From the NCBI RefSeq assembly GCF_964355755.1, contig NC_092672.1, forward strand, positions 14,322,001-14,386,000: a DNA stretch of 64,000 bases. The letters are read 5' to 3'. Source of the stretch: Antedon mediterranea (Eukaryota; Animalia; Echinodermata). The notes beneath the pieces are model-generated. The model was not told the DNA's origin and made no database searches. It saw only the letters and a list, made by a program, of their open reading frames with translations. Below, piece after piece: positions 50,968 to 64,000 of the stretch. Numbering within the stretch: the first letter of the stretch is position 1; each line of letters begins with the position of its first letter. The position numbers were made by a program, and so were the translations under genes.

Positions 50968-52668
50968 TTAACACACAGATGATATGCCTACTGCATCGTT
51001 AACCATTTAACACACAGATGATATGCCTACTGTATCGTTAACCATTTAACACACAGATGATATGCCTACTGTATCGTTAACCATTTAACACACAGATGAT
51101 ATGCCTACTGTATCGTTAACCATTTAACACACAGATGATATGCCTACTGTATCGTTAACCATTTAACACACAGATGATATGCCTACTGTATCGTTAACCA
51201 TTTAACACACAGATGATATGCCTACTGTATCGTTAACCATTTAACACACAGATGATATGCCTACTCTATCGTTAACCATTTAACACACAGCACAGATGAT
51301 ATGCCTACTGTATCGTTAACCATTTAACACACAGATGATATGCCTACTGTATCGTTAACCATTTAACACACAGATGATATGCCTACTGTATCGTTAACCA
51401 TTTAACACACAGATAATATGCCTACTGTATCGTTAACCATTTAACACACAGATGATATGCCTACTGTATCGTTAACCATTTAACACACAGATGATATGCC
51501 TACTGTATCGTTAACCATTTAACACACAGATGATATGCCTACTGTATCGTTAACCATTTAACACACAGATGATATGCCTACTGTATCGTTAACCATTTAA
51601 CACACAGATGATATGCCTACTGTATCGTTAACCATTTAACACACAGATGATATGCCTACTGTATCGTTAACCATTTAACCACACAGATAATATGCCTACT
51701 GTATCGTTAACCATTTAACACACAGATGATATGCCTACTGTATCGTTAACCATTTAACACACAGATGATATGCCTACTGTATCGTTAACCATTTAACACA
51801 CAGATGATATGCCTACTGTATCGTTAACCATTTAACCACACAGATAATATGCCTACTGTATCGTTAACCATTTAACACACAGATGATATGCCTACTGTAT
51901 CGTTAACCATTTAACACACAGATGATATGCCTACTGTATCGTTATAAACCATTTAACACACAGATGATATGCCTACTGTATCGTTAACCATTTAACACAC
52001 AGATGATATGCCTACTGTATCGTTAACCATTTAACACACAGATGATATGCCTACTGTATCGTTATAAACCATTTAACCACACAGATGATATGCCTACTGT
52101 ATCGTTAACCATTTAACACACAGATGATATGCCTACTGTATCGTTAACCATTTAACACACAGATGATATGCCTACTGTATCGTTATAAACCATTTAACCA
52201 CACAGATGATATGCCTACTGTATCGTTAACCATTTAACACACAGATGATATGCCTACTGTATCGTTAACCACTTAACACACAGATGATATGCCTACTGTA
52301 TCGTTAACCATTTAACCACACAGATGATATGCCTACTGTATCGTTAACCATTTAACACACAGATGATATGCCTACTGTATCGTTAACCACTTAACACACA
52401 GATGATATGCCTACTGTATCGTTAACCACTTAACACACAGATGATATGCCTACTGTATCGTTAACCATTTAACACACAGATGATATGCCTACTGTATCGT
52501 TAACCATTTAACACACAGATGATATGCCTACTGTATCGTTAACCATTTAACACACAGATGATATGCCTACTGTATCGTTAACCATTTAACACACAGATGA
52601 TATGCCTACTGAATCGTTAACCATTTAACACACAGATAATATGCCTACTGTATCGTTAACCATTTAAA
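50968..52668. repeat. Intronic 39-bp minisatellite, ~43 copies
   Basis: Unit TTAACACACAGATGATATGCCTACTGTATCGTTAACCAT. Confidence 0.97.
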
Positions 52669-53194
52669 AAAACAAACTTTCACTATATTCTCTGTTCCAT
52701 CATGGATAGAGAATGTGACCAGTTTGACATAATGAGATACGAGATGGTGTGATATGAAACGGTGTGGCTGCAATGTGACATAATTAATCAAATCCTATCA
52801 TCCTAGGGTCCAAATATGTATCAGTGTTGCAGACTAATTTGAACGCTTTAATCTTTGATTTCATTGTAGTATTGTATACTTATTTGAAGGAGTGGAAAAA
52901 TAATAGATTTTGAGAGGGATATTTTTATTTTCCATAAATTACATATTTTCATGTGGCACAATTGCTTTGTTTTAACCTTATTCACCATTGCTTTTTTTCC
53001 AGCCTTGAGTTGCAGCTGTGTGACAAAAACTAAAAAAAAAACTATTTATTACAAGCCATGGTATTGCTTGATTCTGTATTTTTGATGAACATGCATACAA
53101 ATTATGCGCCATATAGAGTTTACCTGAATTGACCATTCAGACACTAACATTTCCTCTCAATAATAAATCTAGTTGCTCAGATTAATTAACTTAC

Positions 53195-53335
53195 CAATCC
53201 CAGATGGAACAACATCACTGGATTCACCGTAATCTTCTGTAAGACCAAACTTTAAAGCATCTCCTTCACTGTAAGCCTCTACTGAAACTGTGTATACACC
53301 ATCAGTAGTGAAATCATAATATACTCCTTTAAACT
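53195..53335 (-). CDS. CLCA: CLCA-family gene, internal exon (141 bp, phase 1/1)
   Basis: TTTAG acceptor and GTAAG donor. Encodes EFKGVYYDFTTDGVYTVSVEAY..., and the phases fit both neighbours. Confidence 0.8.
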
Positions 53336-53601
53336 CTAAAAAGAATAAATATGACAGTTATAACAATATATAATATATATTGATAACTTAATTAAATTTA
53401 TATTATAAATCATATTTTTACCATTCCTGATTTTCACAATTTTAGTTTTTTATTGTTTGTTGTCAATTAATATTACTGAATGTTGAAATTCCTGTTACAC
53501 CTGTGGACTTTGTCATTGAATGAATTGCATGGTAAGTTATAAGTTGCTTCGCAGCTGACATAAATCCTAGGATTGATAAGAGAATATAGTAGCATTGCTT
53601 A

Positions 53602-54137
53602 AGCCGGTTTTCCAGTCGACGTTGTCATCGTTGATCATTGTAAGTTAAATGATGATCGTTTGAAAACGATCAAGATGAAATGATAACAGCATGAATATTT
53701 GATTTCTAGAGTTGAATGTTAAACGTTAAAAGTCCTGTGTCCTTTCTCAACATCGTCGTATGTAAAATGAAAAAATAAAACAGACAAAATAACTTCTTTT
53801 ATCAAATCTCAGAAGAAGATACCCATTAAAACTAAATAAAAAAAAAAATTTGAGAGGTTTTTCTGATGTAGGCCACGCTATAGTATGGAGTAATAGGGAC
53901 TCCCCTGGCTCTAGGCTCACAGGAGACATAGGCCAGCTTTGACCGTGCCGCAATGCAACACAAATAATGTAGTCAGCAGGATTCTTCTCCCAATTATGGG
54001 ACAGCATGTACACTGTATCGCCAAGGTGATTGGCCGTTTCAACGTTGCTAGAATTGAACTGGATTCAAATCTTTATGTAGAAGATCACTGACTATTGTTA
54101 AGGATAGTGTGGAATAACGTCGACTGGAAAACAGCAT
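53602..54137. mobile_element. Intronic PIF/Harbinger-like MITE
   Basis: AGCCGGTTTTCCAGTCGACGTT pairs with AACGTCGACTGGAAAACAGCAT, with TTA/TAA flanks. Confidence 0.6.
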
Positions 54138-54432
54138 TAAAAAATAGAATTTATCTGATCTTATCTGAAGGAAAGTTGGATAAATCGCTGGCATACATAT
54201 GACAATTGAATATAATTATTATAGTCAAGAAGTATTCTTTAAAAACTCGCACTAATTAAAATATAAGGTAATCATTCAGAAATCACTTTAGTTATCAAAA
54301 CAAGATGGGTCACTTTCTCAAAATGTTCTGTTTTAGCCACAATTGTCTGGGCATGTATAGTATGAATAAATTCCAGGAGATGATGAGGAGAATAAAGGTG
54401 ACTAAAAAATAAATGGTTATAAAAGCACATAC

Positions 54433-54712
54433 CAACTTCTAGATCAAGCATAAAAAGTGTATCCGGTGGAGCATTTGGCCGGTCTATTTTTACCCCTAAG
54501 CTGGCACCAATCAAGAAGATATATTCTTCGCCAATTGTAACAGATAGTTGCTGATTTTTTATCTTGTTATAATCGATCTCTTTTTCCATTAACTGTCCAT
54601 TTACAACAATCTGATCTAACAGTTCAGATTTCACTTTAGATATTACATTTATTCTCGCTATGATTGAGTCTTTGGAGCCCTCATAAATGATATAATAACT
54701 CCACTTTCCAAT
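54433..54712 (-). CDS. CLCA: CLCA-family gene, internal exon (280 bp, phase 0/1)
   Basis: AG/GT boundaries. Encodes IGKWSYYI...IGASLGVKIDRP...LFMLD (CLCA beta-sheet-rich domain). Confidence 0.85.
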
Positions 54713-55169
54713 CTAAAGAAACAAAACATGATTTCAGTTTTCATCACAATATCAAACATCTGTATAAAAAAAACATAAGTTGTTTTTGTTTAATAAATTT
54801 GATAACCAAATTGCCTAAATTCTTTTCAACAAAACTGAAATGTAGGTTAGTTAAAAGGTTACAAATGTAATATAATTTATTAGAGTAATATGTGTTATAA
54901 GATACAAGTATAGTCAAATAGTTTAATTCTCACAATAATTTAAAAAGAGTTGTTTCAATTTGACCTCATTCCAAAAAAGTCAGTCAAATGTGTACATTCT
55001 ATGAAATTATTACATATATTATATGAAAAAGCATGAATGAGATTTCTAAAACTTAATTGGCTGCAATCTTTGTTTATAAACTACACTACAAGAATTGAAT
55101 TTTGGAATTGGAACATAAACAGGCCCTTAGAACAATCTATATGTATTATTGAAAGAAATGGAGGCCTAC

Positions 55170-55412
55170 CTTTGCCATGCCTGATACCTTAATAGTGACA
55201 ATAGCAAGTTCCCTATTAATTGAGTACTGTGATCTGTCTTTGACATTGATTGGTGTACCATCTGGGTCTCTAACATACACTTTCGAATCTAAAAAATCAT
55301 CTTCACTTGAGAAAAACACTGTGAATGTAAGATCTTTGCCAAGATAGCTTCCAACAAAAACAAAATCGTTATCACTTTGCCTAGTTGATATTTCAGATTT
55401 CCTGCTCATGAT
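55170..55412 (-). CDS. CLCA: CLCA-family gene, internal exon (243 bp, phase 0/0)
   Basis: Encodes VGSYLGKDLTFTV...RDPDG...IKVSGMAK, matching the CLCA pattern VDSTVGKDT.F...DPSG...IPG.AK. Confidence 0.88.
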
Positions 55413-56071
55413 CTAAAGAAAATAGATTTAAACCATCTTTAATGAGGGAGGCCTATCCAATTTACGTGAAGGATCTGATTATTAAGGGCTCTCAATATAG
55501 AAATTTACATATAAAATACTATACTGGGTATTAAAAATAAATTTAGTAAATCTCTTGATTAAACTCAAATTCTAAGTGAAGTTAAAAACAGTTGAAAAGT
55601 GATTATACATTATGATGCAGGAAGAATGTATAATGGCTTCAGTGAAGAGCTAAATTAAATTAACTCTTCCCTGCTCTATGTAATATACTGAATATGGATC
55701 ATTTTTTAAAAATACTTAAAAGGGTAGGTAGCGGGAGGGTGGACGGACCCTCCCCACCAGAAAGGTCATTTTTTAAGCCTCTAGGCCTGACATTTTTAAA
55801 GTATAACACCAGCAGCCCCAACCATGGTAGGGCTAGTCCTGGAGACTTATATATTTTGTTTCATATTTCGAAGTATAATCCAATTTCCGGGGATCTAGCA
55901 ACTCTATTTTAATAAATTTTCTAAAAGAGGGATAGGCCGCCAGATAGGTGGAGCGGGTGGTCCCGCATTTACAATTTTCGCACTCCCAAGACAGCAACCA
56001 GCCAATGCCTCTGATATTTCATGCATTGATCTTCTAATCAATTGTAGTTTGTTTATTTTAAATTTAATTAC

Positions 56072-56359
56072 CTGTTTTGGTATTTCTTTATGAATGTCAG
56101 CCCTCTCCATTAGTATAGATATTAGGGAGTCTTCCAGAACACATGATTCTTGAAAACCAGAAAAGCCAAACCAGACACCTTGCAAGGTATTGACAAGATC
56201 AATCAGATCATTGTCTATGTTGTTACCATAGAGAACTGCATCTACAGTCACACCAGAGTTCAGAAGCTCATCTGTAATGGCAGATAAATCTGCTGTTGTA
56301 GGGCCACCACTAATTACTATGATGGATGCTCCCTTTGAATCCGTTGATAAGGAAAGTTG
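56072..56359 (-). CDS. CLCA: CLCA-family gene, internal exon (288 bp, phase 0/0; second half of vWA)
   Basis: AG/GT boundaries. Encodes GASIIVISGG...SGVTVDAVLYG...L..L....QG. Confidence 0.85.
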
Positions 56360-57150
56360 CTATAAAAATATAAAAGGATGTATACAATTAATACTACAGA
56401 ATAAAAAAAAGCATGGAAGACACAGTGATCTACTAGATCTTTTTCCAGAATCCCGATCTACAGGTCATTTTAAAGTCCATTTCATATGCATTCATGGCCT
56501 TTGTCAAGAATACAGAAATTAATATGCAAAATTCACAATCCTGACATTTTCCTTCGTTTCCGCCAAAAGGATTTTTTTTGTATGTGGTCCTAGTATTGTT
56601 TCTTTAAAACTTTTCATCTTATTTCATAACGCCACTCCCTCAAGTTGTTCATAATACTATATTTTTAAAGCTTTAGTTTTACATTCTATTGTCTCTTTCA
56701 CAAATATTAAACATTTTGTTATGATTTCACTTTGATTTTGCTAATACTTTTGTCTTTTATGTTGCTATGTATGGCAAAATGGCTGCAGGAATATTGTCCA
56801 GGGAGAAACCAGCTTACACCTACTATAACCACCACCACTGCTAGATGCCTATAGCAAATACTTGAGATCTGTATTTAAATTTTATATATAGGTACTCTTA
56901 ATTACATTTGTGAATTCTCTATAATTTATCTATTTGACCGAATACAAAAATTGCAGAATAGTGCTGCCCGTGTCATCGTCAGGGCTGACAACCAAACTAA
57001 TTTAGCCAACCTGCATGCCTTGGTCGGTCCTTTCTTTGCAAAAGACTTGAATCTCACCTGCTCCCTTTTGTTAACAAATGCCTGATTTTATCAAGTGTAT
57101 ACCACATAGACCTACATTTTTGGAAACAATATTCTATTTTTAAAACCTAC

Positions 57151-57369
57151 CTCCAATGCCTTATTTAAACCACCTACAAGATCAGGTGAGCCTTCTCCAA
57201 CAGAAGGGAGTGACCTTGTCACATTTTCACGAATATCTTTGCTGGAAAGTTCAACTATATTTGTAGTAATGTTCACACCAAATGTTACAACACCCAAATG
57301 AATACCAGTCTCAACTATTTGTTCTACAAAGTATGAAACAGCTTGGCGAACCCTCAGAAAGTAATCTCC
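57151..57369 (-). CDS. CLCA: CLCA-family gene, internal exon (219 bp, phase 0/0; first half of vWA)
   Basis: AG/GT boundaries. Encodes GDYFLRVRQAVSYFVEQIVETGIHLGVVTF...LPS...GLNKALE. Confidence 0.87.
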
Positions 57370-58284
57370 CTTAAAGAAACAATTGAAAAAAGAGAAAAAA
57401 ATTAGTTCTTTACAATTAAATAAAACATAAAAAGTGTACTCACTTGTTTCGAACCCGTCGGAAGTTAATTAAGATTAATTTACTTTTGTCTATGTAAAAG
57501 TCTGTCTGATCATGTACATTTTTAAAAAGCTATTGATATTATTTTATCTGTTATTTCCCCCAAAGTATGTTACGCATTCTTTAAATTGCTTGACCCTGAT
57601 TCTTTCTTGGTACACCACAAATTTGAAATAAAGGAAATCAGGGATTAAAAGTGGAGATTTAATTTAGCTAAATCAAAATCTGTTTAAATATTGTCAATCT
57701 TGACTTTTAAATTATAGTGTCATCATCAAACTAAACTTTGATTGCTGAGGTATCGCATTATTAACATTAGTTAAGAAATTAAATTATTGTTGCTGACGTC
57801 CAGAAAGAGAAGCATTGAATGAAAATGAAAATTTCAAAACCACTATAGAGAGGTTTATACAATAATATATTGTAATTAACAAAATCAACAGCTATTGATC
57901 CATAAAAAATGAACCAATGACTTGTGATTAGAGCAACATTTAGGAACCCAACTCTATTCTAAATAGTAAACTCTATAAATAATTTATGACAAGAAATTCA
58001 ATGAAATAGATTACTATACGATCCGATGGTGACATGGGAAATCAAGAATTGTTACACTTTTGTGGCAATTTACAAGTCATTAAGAAGCAATCGTAAAACC
58101 TAATGACATTATTAAACCTAGTCCCAGTTTTTATAGGACTGTCAAATTAAATTTGATACAGAATGGAAAGAAATATTTTATATATTTAATTAAATGTAAG
58201 TATTTCTTATTGAGGAGACTGTCGACTGTTATTTTTTTTATAACATTTACTTTTGTTCCGTTTTCATGTTTGTATTTGTCACAA

Positions 58285-59655
58285 CTGCTAATGTAGAAAA
58301 CGCCAGCTAATGTAGAAACAACCGTTAATGTAGAACAATCTACTGCTAATGTAGAAAACGCCAGCTAATGTTGAAACAACCGTTAATGTAGAACAATCTA
58401 CTGCTAATGTAGAAAACGCCAGCTAATGTAGAAACAACCGTTAATGTAGAACAATCTACTGCTAATGTAGAAAACGCCAGCTAATGTAGAAACAACCGTT
58501 AATGTAGAACAATCTACTGCTAATGTAGAAAACGCCAACTAATGTTGAAACAACCGTTAATGTAGAACAATCTACTGCTAATGTAGTAAACGCCAGCTAA
58601 TGTTGAAACAACCGTTAATGTAGAACAATCTACTGCTAATGTAGTAAACACCAGCTAATGTAGAAACAACCGTTAATGTAGAACAATCTACTGCTAATGT
58701 AGAAAACGCCAGCTAATGTAGAAACAACCGTTAATGTAGAACAATCTACTGCTAATGTAGAAAACACCAGCTAATGTTGAAACAACCGTTAATGTAGAAC
58801 AATCTACTGCTAATGTAGAAAACACCAGCTAATGTAGAAACAACCGTTAATGTAGAACAATCTACTGCTAATGTAGAAAACACCAGCTAATGTAGAAACA
58901 ACCGTTAATGTAGAACAATCTACTGCTAATGTAGTAAACGCCAGCTAATGTTGAAACAACCGTTAATGTAGAACAATCTACTGCTAATGTAGAAAACGCC
59001 AGCTAATGTAGAAACAACCGTTAATGTAGAACAATCTACTGCTAATGTAGTAAACACCAGCTAATGTAGAAACAACCGTTAATGTAGAACAATCTACTGC
59101 TAATGTAGAAAACGCCAGCTAATGTTGAAACAACCGTTAATGTAGAACAATCTACTGCTAATGTAGAAAACGCCAGCTAATGTAGAAACAACCGTTAATG
59201 TAGAACAATCCACTGCTAATGTAGAAAACGCCAACTAATGTAAAAACAACCGTTAATGTAGAACAATCTACTGCTAATGTAGTAAACGCCAGCTAATGTA
59301 GAAAACAACCGTTAATGTAGAACAATCTACTGCTAATGTAGAAAACGCCAACTAATGTAGAAACAACCGTTAATGTAGAACAATCTACTGCTAATGTAGA
59401 AAACGCCAACTAATGTAGAAACAACCGTTAATGTAGAACAATCTACTGCTATTGTAGAAAACGCCAGCTAATGTTGAAACAACCGTTAATGTAGAACAAT
59501 CTACTGCTAATGTAGAAAACGCCAGCTAATGTTGAAACAACCGTTAATGTAGAACAATCCGCTGCTAATGTAGTAAACGCCAGCTAATGTTGAAACAACC
59601 GTTAATGTAGAACAATCTACTGCTAATGTAGTTAAACCTCCAGCTAATGTAAAAA
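58285..59655. repeat. Intronic 58-bp minisatellite, ~23 copies, built of three ~19-bp TAATGTAGAA subunits
   Basis: Unit CTGCTAATGTAGAAAACGCCAGCTAATGTAGAAACAACCGTTAATGTAGAACAATCTA, with copies starting at 58285, 58343 and so on. Confidence 0.97.
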
Positions 59656-60246
59656 CACCAACAGCTTATGAAGTAAATACTCAATCAACGGAAATTGCCT
59701 CCCAGCTAATGTAGTTACCACTTTTTATATATATAAACCGCTTGGTGATATACTAAAATTGAATTAATTAATTTGAAACGATAAGATGATTACTAGTACT
59801 AGTAGATATTAAGGTCAAAATGATAGTTGCAGCAATTTTTTGCCAAACTTTTGTATTAGACTGAATATAAATATGTATGCTGTGAATTATTTGACACTAA
59901 AATGACCGTAAAGTTAGTTGTTACAAAGATATAAGCTATTTGAATATTTTGCCCGCCATCTTATAAAGGACCATAAAAGACCCCCAAAGGGTTACAGGTT
60001 GAGCAACAATGTTTTTCTGGTTTATTTTGAGTTGCCAACTTCTATCACTAATTGTACACAGAACCCCATTATGACCGGTAATGTTTACAGTGCTGAATTG
60101 AGACTATTTTGTGTCATTAGTATTAGAATTATATAACACCTATGGAATGAAATTATAGGATTCAAACAATTTTGGAGGATAACTGTCTGAGCAAGAACAT
60201 ATTAAAATTGTAAAGAAATTATTTTAAATATAAATCTTTTTAATAC

Positions 60247-60492
60247 CTGATTCAGTCTTTCACTAGCTTCAATCAAAATGACAATCTTAGTTGGAATTCT
60301 CTGAACCAATCTAAATGTTGGTGTAGTATCTACATGTGTTTCAATTGGCAAATTTTTACCACCAACAAAATCTTTAGTCTCCAATATGACTTCCCAGGTT
60401 GACCTGTAGTTGCATTGTTCATTGTGTGGGTTGGGTGCTTCATAATTATGGAAACCTGGCCTTGATGCATCATTATGACAAAACTCTGTAAC
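60247..60492 (-). CDS. CLCA: CLCA-family gene, internal exon (246 bp, phase 0/0; end of Cys-rich domain and start of vWA)
   Basis: Encodes VTEFC...HNYEAPNPHNEQCNYRSTWEVI...DF...PTFRLVQR, a hallmark CLCA sequence. Confidence 0.93.
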
Positions 60493-60949
60493 CTATTTTA
60501 TAACAAAAAAACAATAATTTTAATCATTTTTCTATACACTGCTATGCTCTACTAGCAAAACAACCTACAGTTTCGGCTCTATTTCACATAGTAATTACAT
60601 GTACTAGTTGCACATACACAACCATCACAATTTACTTTATACATAGTAAAAAACAGTTTAAAAGATTCAGTGTGGTGGCACACGAGTGTACAGATAACCG
60701 GATTCATTTGTTATTATAAACAAAGAAATGTGACAGCACACAACTGTGAATACATTTTTTATGTTTATATTATTTTGTTTATGTTGTATGTTGTGCAAAT
60801 AACAAATTCATGTTTTTTTTAAAAACATGTTTAATGAGGGTGATCCATCCAGTAATTGCTGATCATTAGGTACCCTCAGAGGTTCACAATACAAACATAT
60901 ACACAAGATGTTCTACATAAACAAAGTCTTTGGGAGTGGAGTTGTAATT

Positions 60950-61025
60950 TGACAGATGTGACAGAACTTCAACCCAGGACCCTTGGAGTGGTAGCCAAGC
61001 ATCATAACCACCAAGCCACAATTAC
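60950..61025 (-). mobile_element. Degenerate tRNA-derived SINE head
   Basis: Minus-strand TGGCTTGGTGG (A-box-like) and GGTTGAAGTTC (B-box-like) at tRNA spacing. Confidence 0.5.
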
Positions 61026-62188
61026 TCGTTGCACATACACAACCATCACAATTTACTTTATATACATAGTAAAAAAAACAGTTTAAAAGATTCAATGAGT
61101 GTACAGATAACTGCATTTACTTCCTTATTTCTATTGGTAGAAAAAAAAAAATTACAGGGGAGAAAGAAAAAAAAATCAGAAGTACATTAATTAAACATAT
61201 TAATAATTCATTAAAAAAAATAGCAAAAGAAGCTCCCTTTAACAACATTGAATTAATATTGCAGGCATACGTGTGAATATGCTCTTTTTCTCAAGGGTGA
61301 ATTTAGAGTAGCCAAGTGAATTGGATCTTCAAACCATGGCTTGATGTATACATCTTGAAGTATAAAGGTCATTGACATAGGAAATTACAGTACCTATATC
61401 ATACAAGAATACCAACACAATTCCCTTTGAACACATTATTCTTTTCAGCATATAGGAATTTGACATATTATTTATGATTGGCCTGATTCTGATAAAATGA
61501 TATCAAGAAGTGTATAAATGAGTCCCATATGGTATATGAGATACGTTTATAAATAAAACAATTCTAATTAGGATGTTCATTACGCATAACGACTGTTCAT
61601 TAATACTCAGTTTCAATCTCTAATGAATATTTGCTTCCATTATTTTTTTAAATTATTAAAGTAATCTAGACCAGTATTCTACTCCATCATATCAGTCATT
61701 ATTTAAAACTTTGTATCGTAAAAACTCCATTATTTCAAGAGAAACCAACATTTTTTTGCAAAGCTGATATTATTATACATTTGGCTGGGATTTTAAATTA
61801 CATCAAAATAATTGATTTTTTATTGCAATACAGTTTTCGTTTGGAATATGTTTTTTTATTTAAATAAAGGTTGCATAATATTGTTTTTATCAGTGGTGTT
61901 TTATAAATTGCCTGTTCAATTTTACATATAAAGGTAAACCTATAATAATCTCACATATGAAATGACAAAAACTTGAAGCTAATTTGATTAAACGGAGTAC
62001 TCAGAAATCTTTATCTTATGATAAATGATAAAAGCATGTGTGCTATATATACTAATATTGCTAATAATGGGCACAGAACCTAAAAAAGAAACGATATAAA
62101 AATGTTAATGCGTTATTTAAACTTTTTAAAACATTTGAATGGTGAAACTGATGTTCCATGGCAGAAATGATGTATTGTACAAACCTAC

Positions 62189-62481
62189 CGATTTCAAAAT
62201 GTTTGGTTTATACATGATAGAGGCAAGTGCTTTAGTTGAGACAAGGTCATCATAACTTAAACAAAAGCCATTGATATTATTGAGGTTGTCAGCATTGATC
62301 TCGTCCATGCTATATTGACAATCTACATGATTTGTTTGTAGTGGCTCAATAACAATATCCAGCGAACATCTTACACCTTCGATACGTTTTGTTTTTGTTG
62401 ATGGGTAGAAATGGTCTAAATTTGGATATTCATCACCCAAACCCCATCGAAGATGACCCCATTCGTGGACGAGAACACGAC
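62189..62481 (-). CDS. CLCA: CLCA-family gene, metalloprotease exon (293 bp, phase 1/0); upstream exons not found in the window
   Basis: AG/GT boundaries. Encodes [19 protein letters not shown] (HExxHxxxGxxDE), then RCS and ASIMY. Confidence 0.94.
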
Positions 62482-64000
62482 CTGAAAGAAGGCAAAGAAT
62501 GATTATTAGTGTACAAGATGAGTGTAAAAACAGAATTTGACCAAGACTATCAATAACAATTATCCATACTCTCATATTACGATAATATTATTCTGTACAA
62601 AGATGATAGTTAATTATTTATATTTATGCCTTACGGTCAATGTGAAAAGTAGTCTGAAATCAAAAAATATTTTTTAATTACCTACTTAAAGTCTGATTTT
62701 ATTAATCTTCATTTTTCATGTTTTTGGGGGACAATACATCTTAAATTAAAGTTATTTCTTCAGAAATGATTTATAATCAATTATTTTTGTTTAACAATCA
62801 GTAGTAAACATTTTGTTTAATGTAATATATAGTCTGGTCTACTCATGTACAGAACAAATATAATCACAAACTAAACTATAGTAGTGTACTGTGAGTAGAT
62901 AGTACTTAGTAGTTCACTTAATCACACAAAAATAGAAAAAAGAATCCTACAAGAATGAAGTCATTATTTATTGAAAAAGATTTTATAGTATTAACATGTA
63001 CATGCATCTCAATAATACAGTATTATAATCAGCAAATGTTTTCCTAGACTCTTTTTTGTGCTTTGGGGTTTGTAATTTGAGCATGACCCGTCCATGTTTA
63101 CAAAATTCTAAAACTGTCAGCCTCTAGAACTATAGTTTCCGCTTGATATAGCTTCTGAATGAGTAGTCCTCTGGGAATACAGCTGGCTAAAGCTGCGACG
63201 CAAAAACAAAAAACAAACTAGAAAAGTGTTGAGATTTTGGTACACAACTATAATACAGACTTGAATAGTGAAGTAGCATAGTATTAAAAAAAAATCAGAA
63301 GCAGATTGTAAAGGCGGGCTCAAACTCAAAGCGTCTACTTCCGCAAGAGTGCTTAATGTCAACCTTTCGATTGGAACAGAAAGAAACTTAAGTTGACAGT
63401 TAATAGTTGTGGTTACCATACCACGTGCTGACAATGTTCTATTTAGTTAGTTTTGTATTTAACTTAGTCTTTTAATGTTAATCTTACTAAGTTAACGTTA
63501 AAGAAATATATATTTAATTGTCAGACAATGGTTTTTGGTTAAAAGTAACCTTTTCGTTTGTCTTTTTATAAGTGAAATAATTTTTTGTTTGTTTTTGTTT
63601 TGTTTATCATATAAGACATTACTGTACAAAGGAAAACAATAAAATTAAAATTCAAAAGCAAACAAAAAGAACCTAGATATCCATCTCCTTATAAATTAAA
63701 TAAATAAAGGTTCATAAAAATTATTCTAATCTCTAACAATTTCATATTTGATTTATAAATGTTTCTAATTTTATCCATTTTGTAGTAAAAATACTGTCCT
63801 TAAAATTCTGATAAATAAATTTTTCCACTTCATAAAACCCTTTTAACTCATTCATAACCATTTTGACAGTTGGCTTACATTTAACTAGTTTTACATTTGT
63901 AAATACATGACTTTACTATTAGAATAATTGCATTAATAGATTTTAAATTAAAATACTGATGCAAAAATTATTCTCTCTTTACCAAAAATATATAGCACTT

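Noticed and set aside
63117-63434. 105-aa ORF as the next upstream CLCA exon
   Set aside because: It shows no CLCA N-terminal motifs (PYT.Q...CG..G..IH) and no convincing splice sites.

Overview
This is an AT-rich, intron-containing metazoan genomic window, most consistent with an invertebrate; nothing in it looks prokaryotic. Host genes: (i) three co-oriented paralogues, each with a single-exon CDS, encoding RING-less TRIM-NHL proteins (B-box2, coiled coil, filamin/Ig, NHL propeller) at 10059-11822, 21993-23810 and 42012-43796; (ii) the last nine coding exons of a convergent CLCA-family gene on the minus strand (49659-62481, with 5' exons not found here). The CLCA has an intact HExxHxxxGxxDE metalloprotease motif, a degenerate vWA MIDAS site, a furin-type RAKR site and a C-terminal TM helix. 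The rest is mostly repeats: CR1/L2, Rex1/Babar-like and Tx1/L1-like LINE fragments; three MULE/foldback-like elements with 9-bp TSDs (one nested in another); two Academ-type TAG...CTA foldback elements (one inserted in a 67-bp satellite, with TIRs that have expanded to duplicate the transposase 3' end, and carrying a 55-bp hAT-like MITE); Helentron/HINE-like elements; several minisatellites; and a dispersed repeat family that joins a tRNA-Asp(ATC)-like cloverleaf to a minimal hammerhead ribozyme core (Penelope/retrozyme-like). All calls were made by eye, with no database searches.
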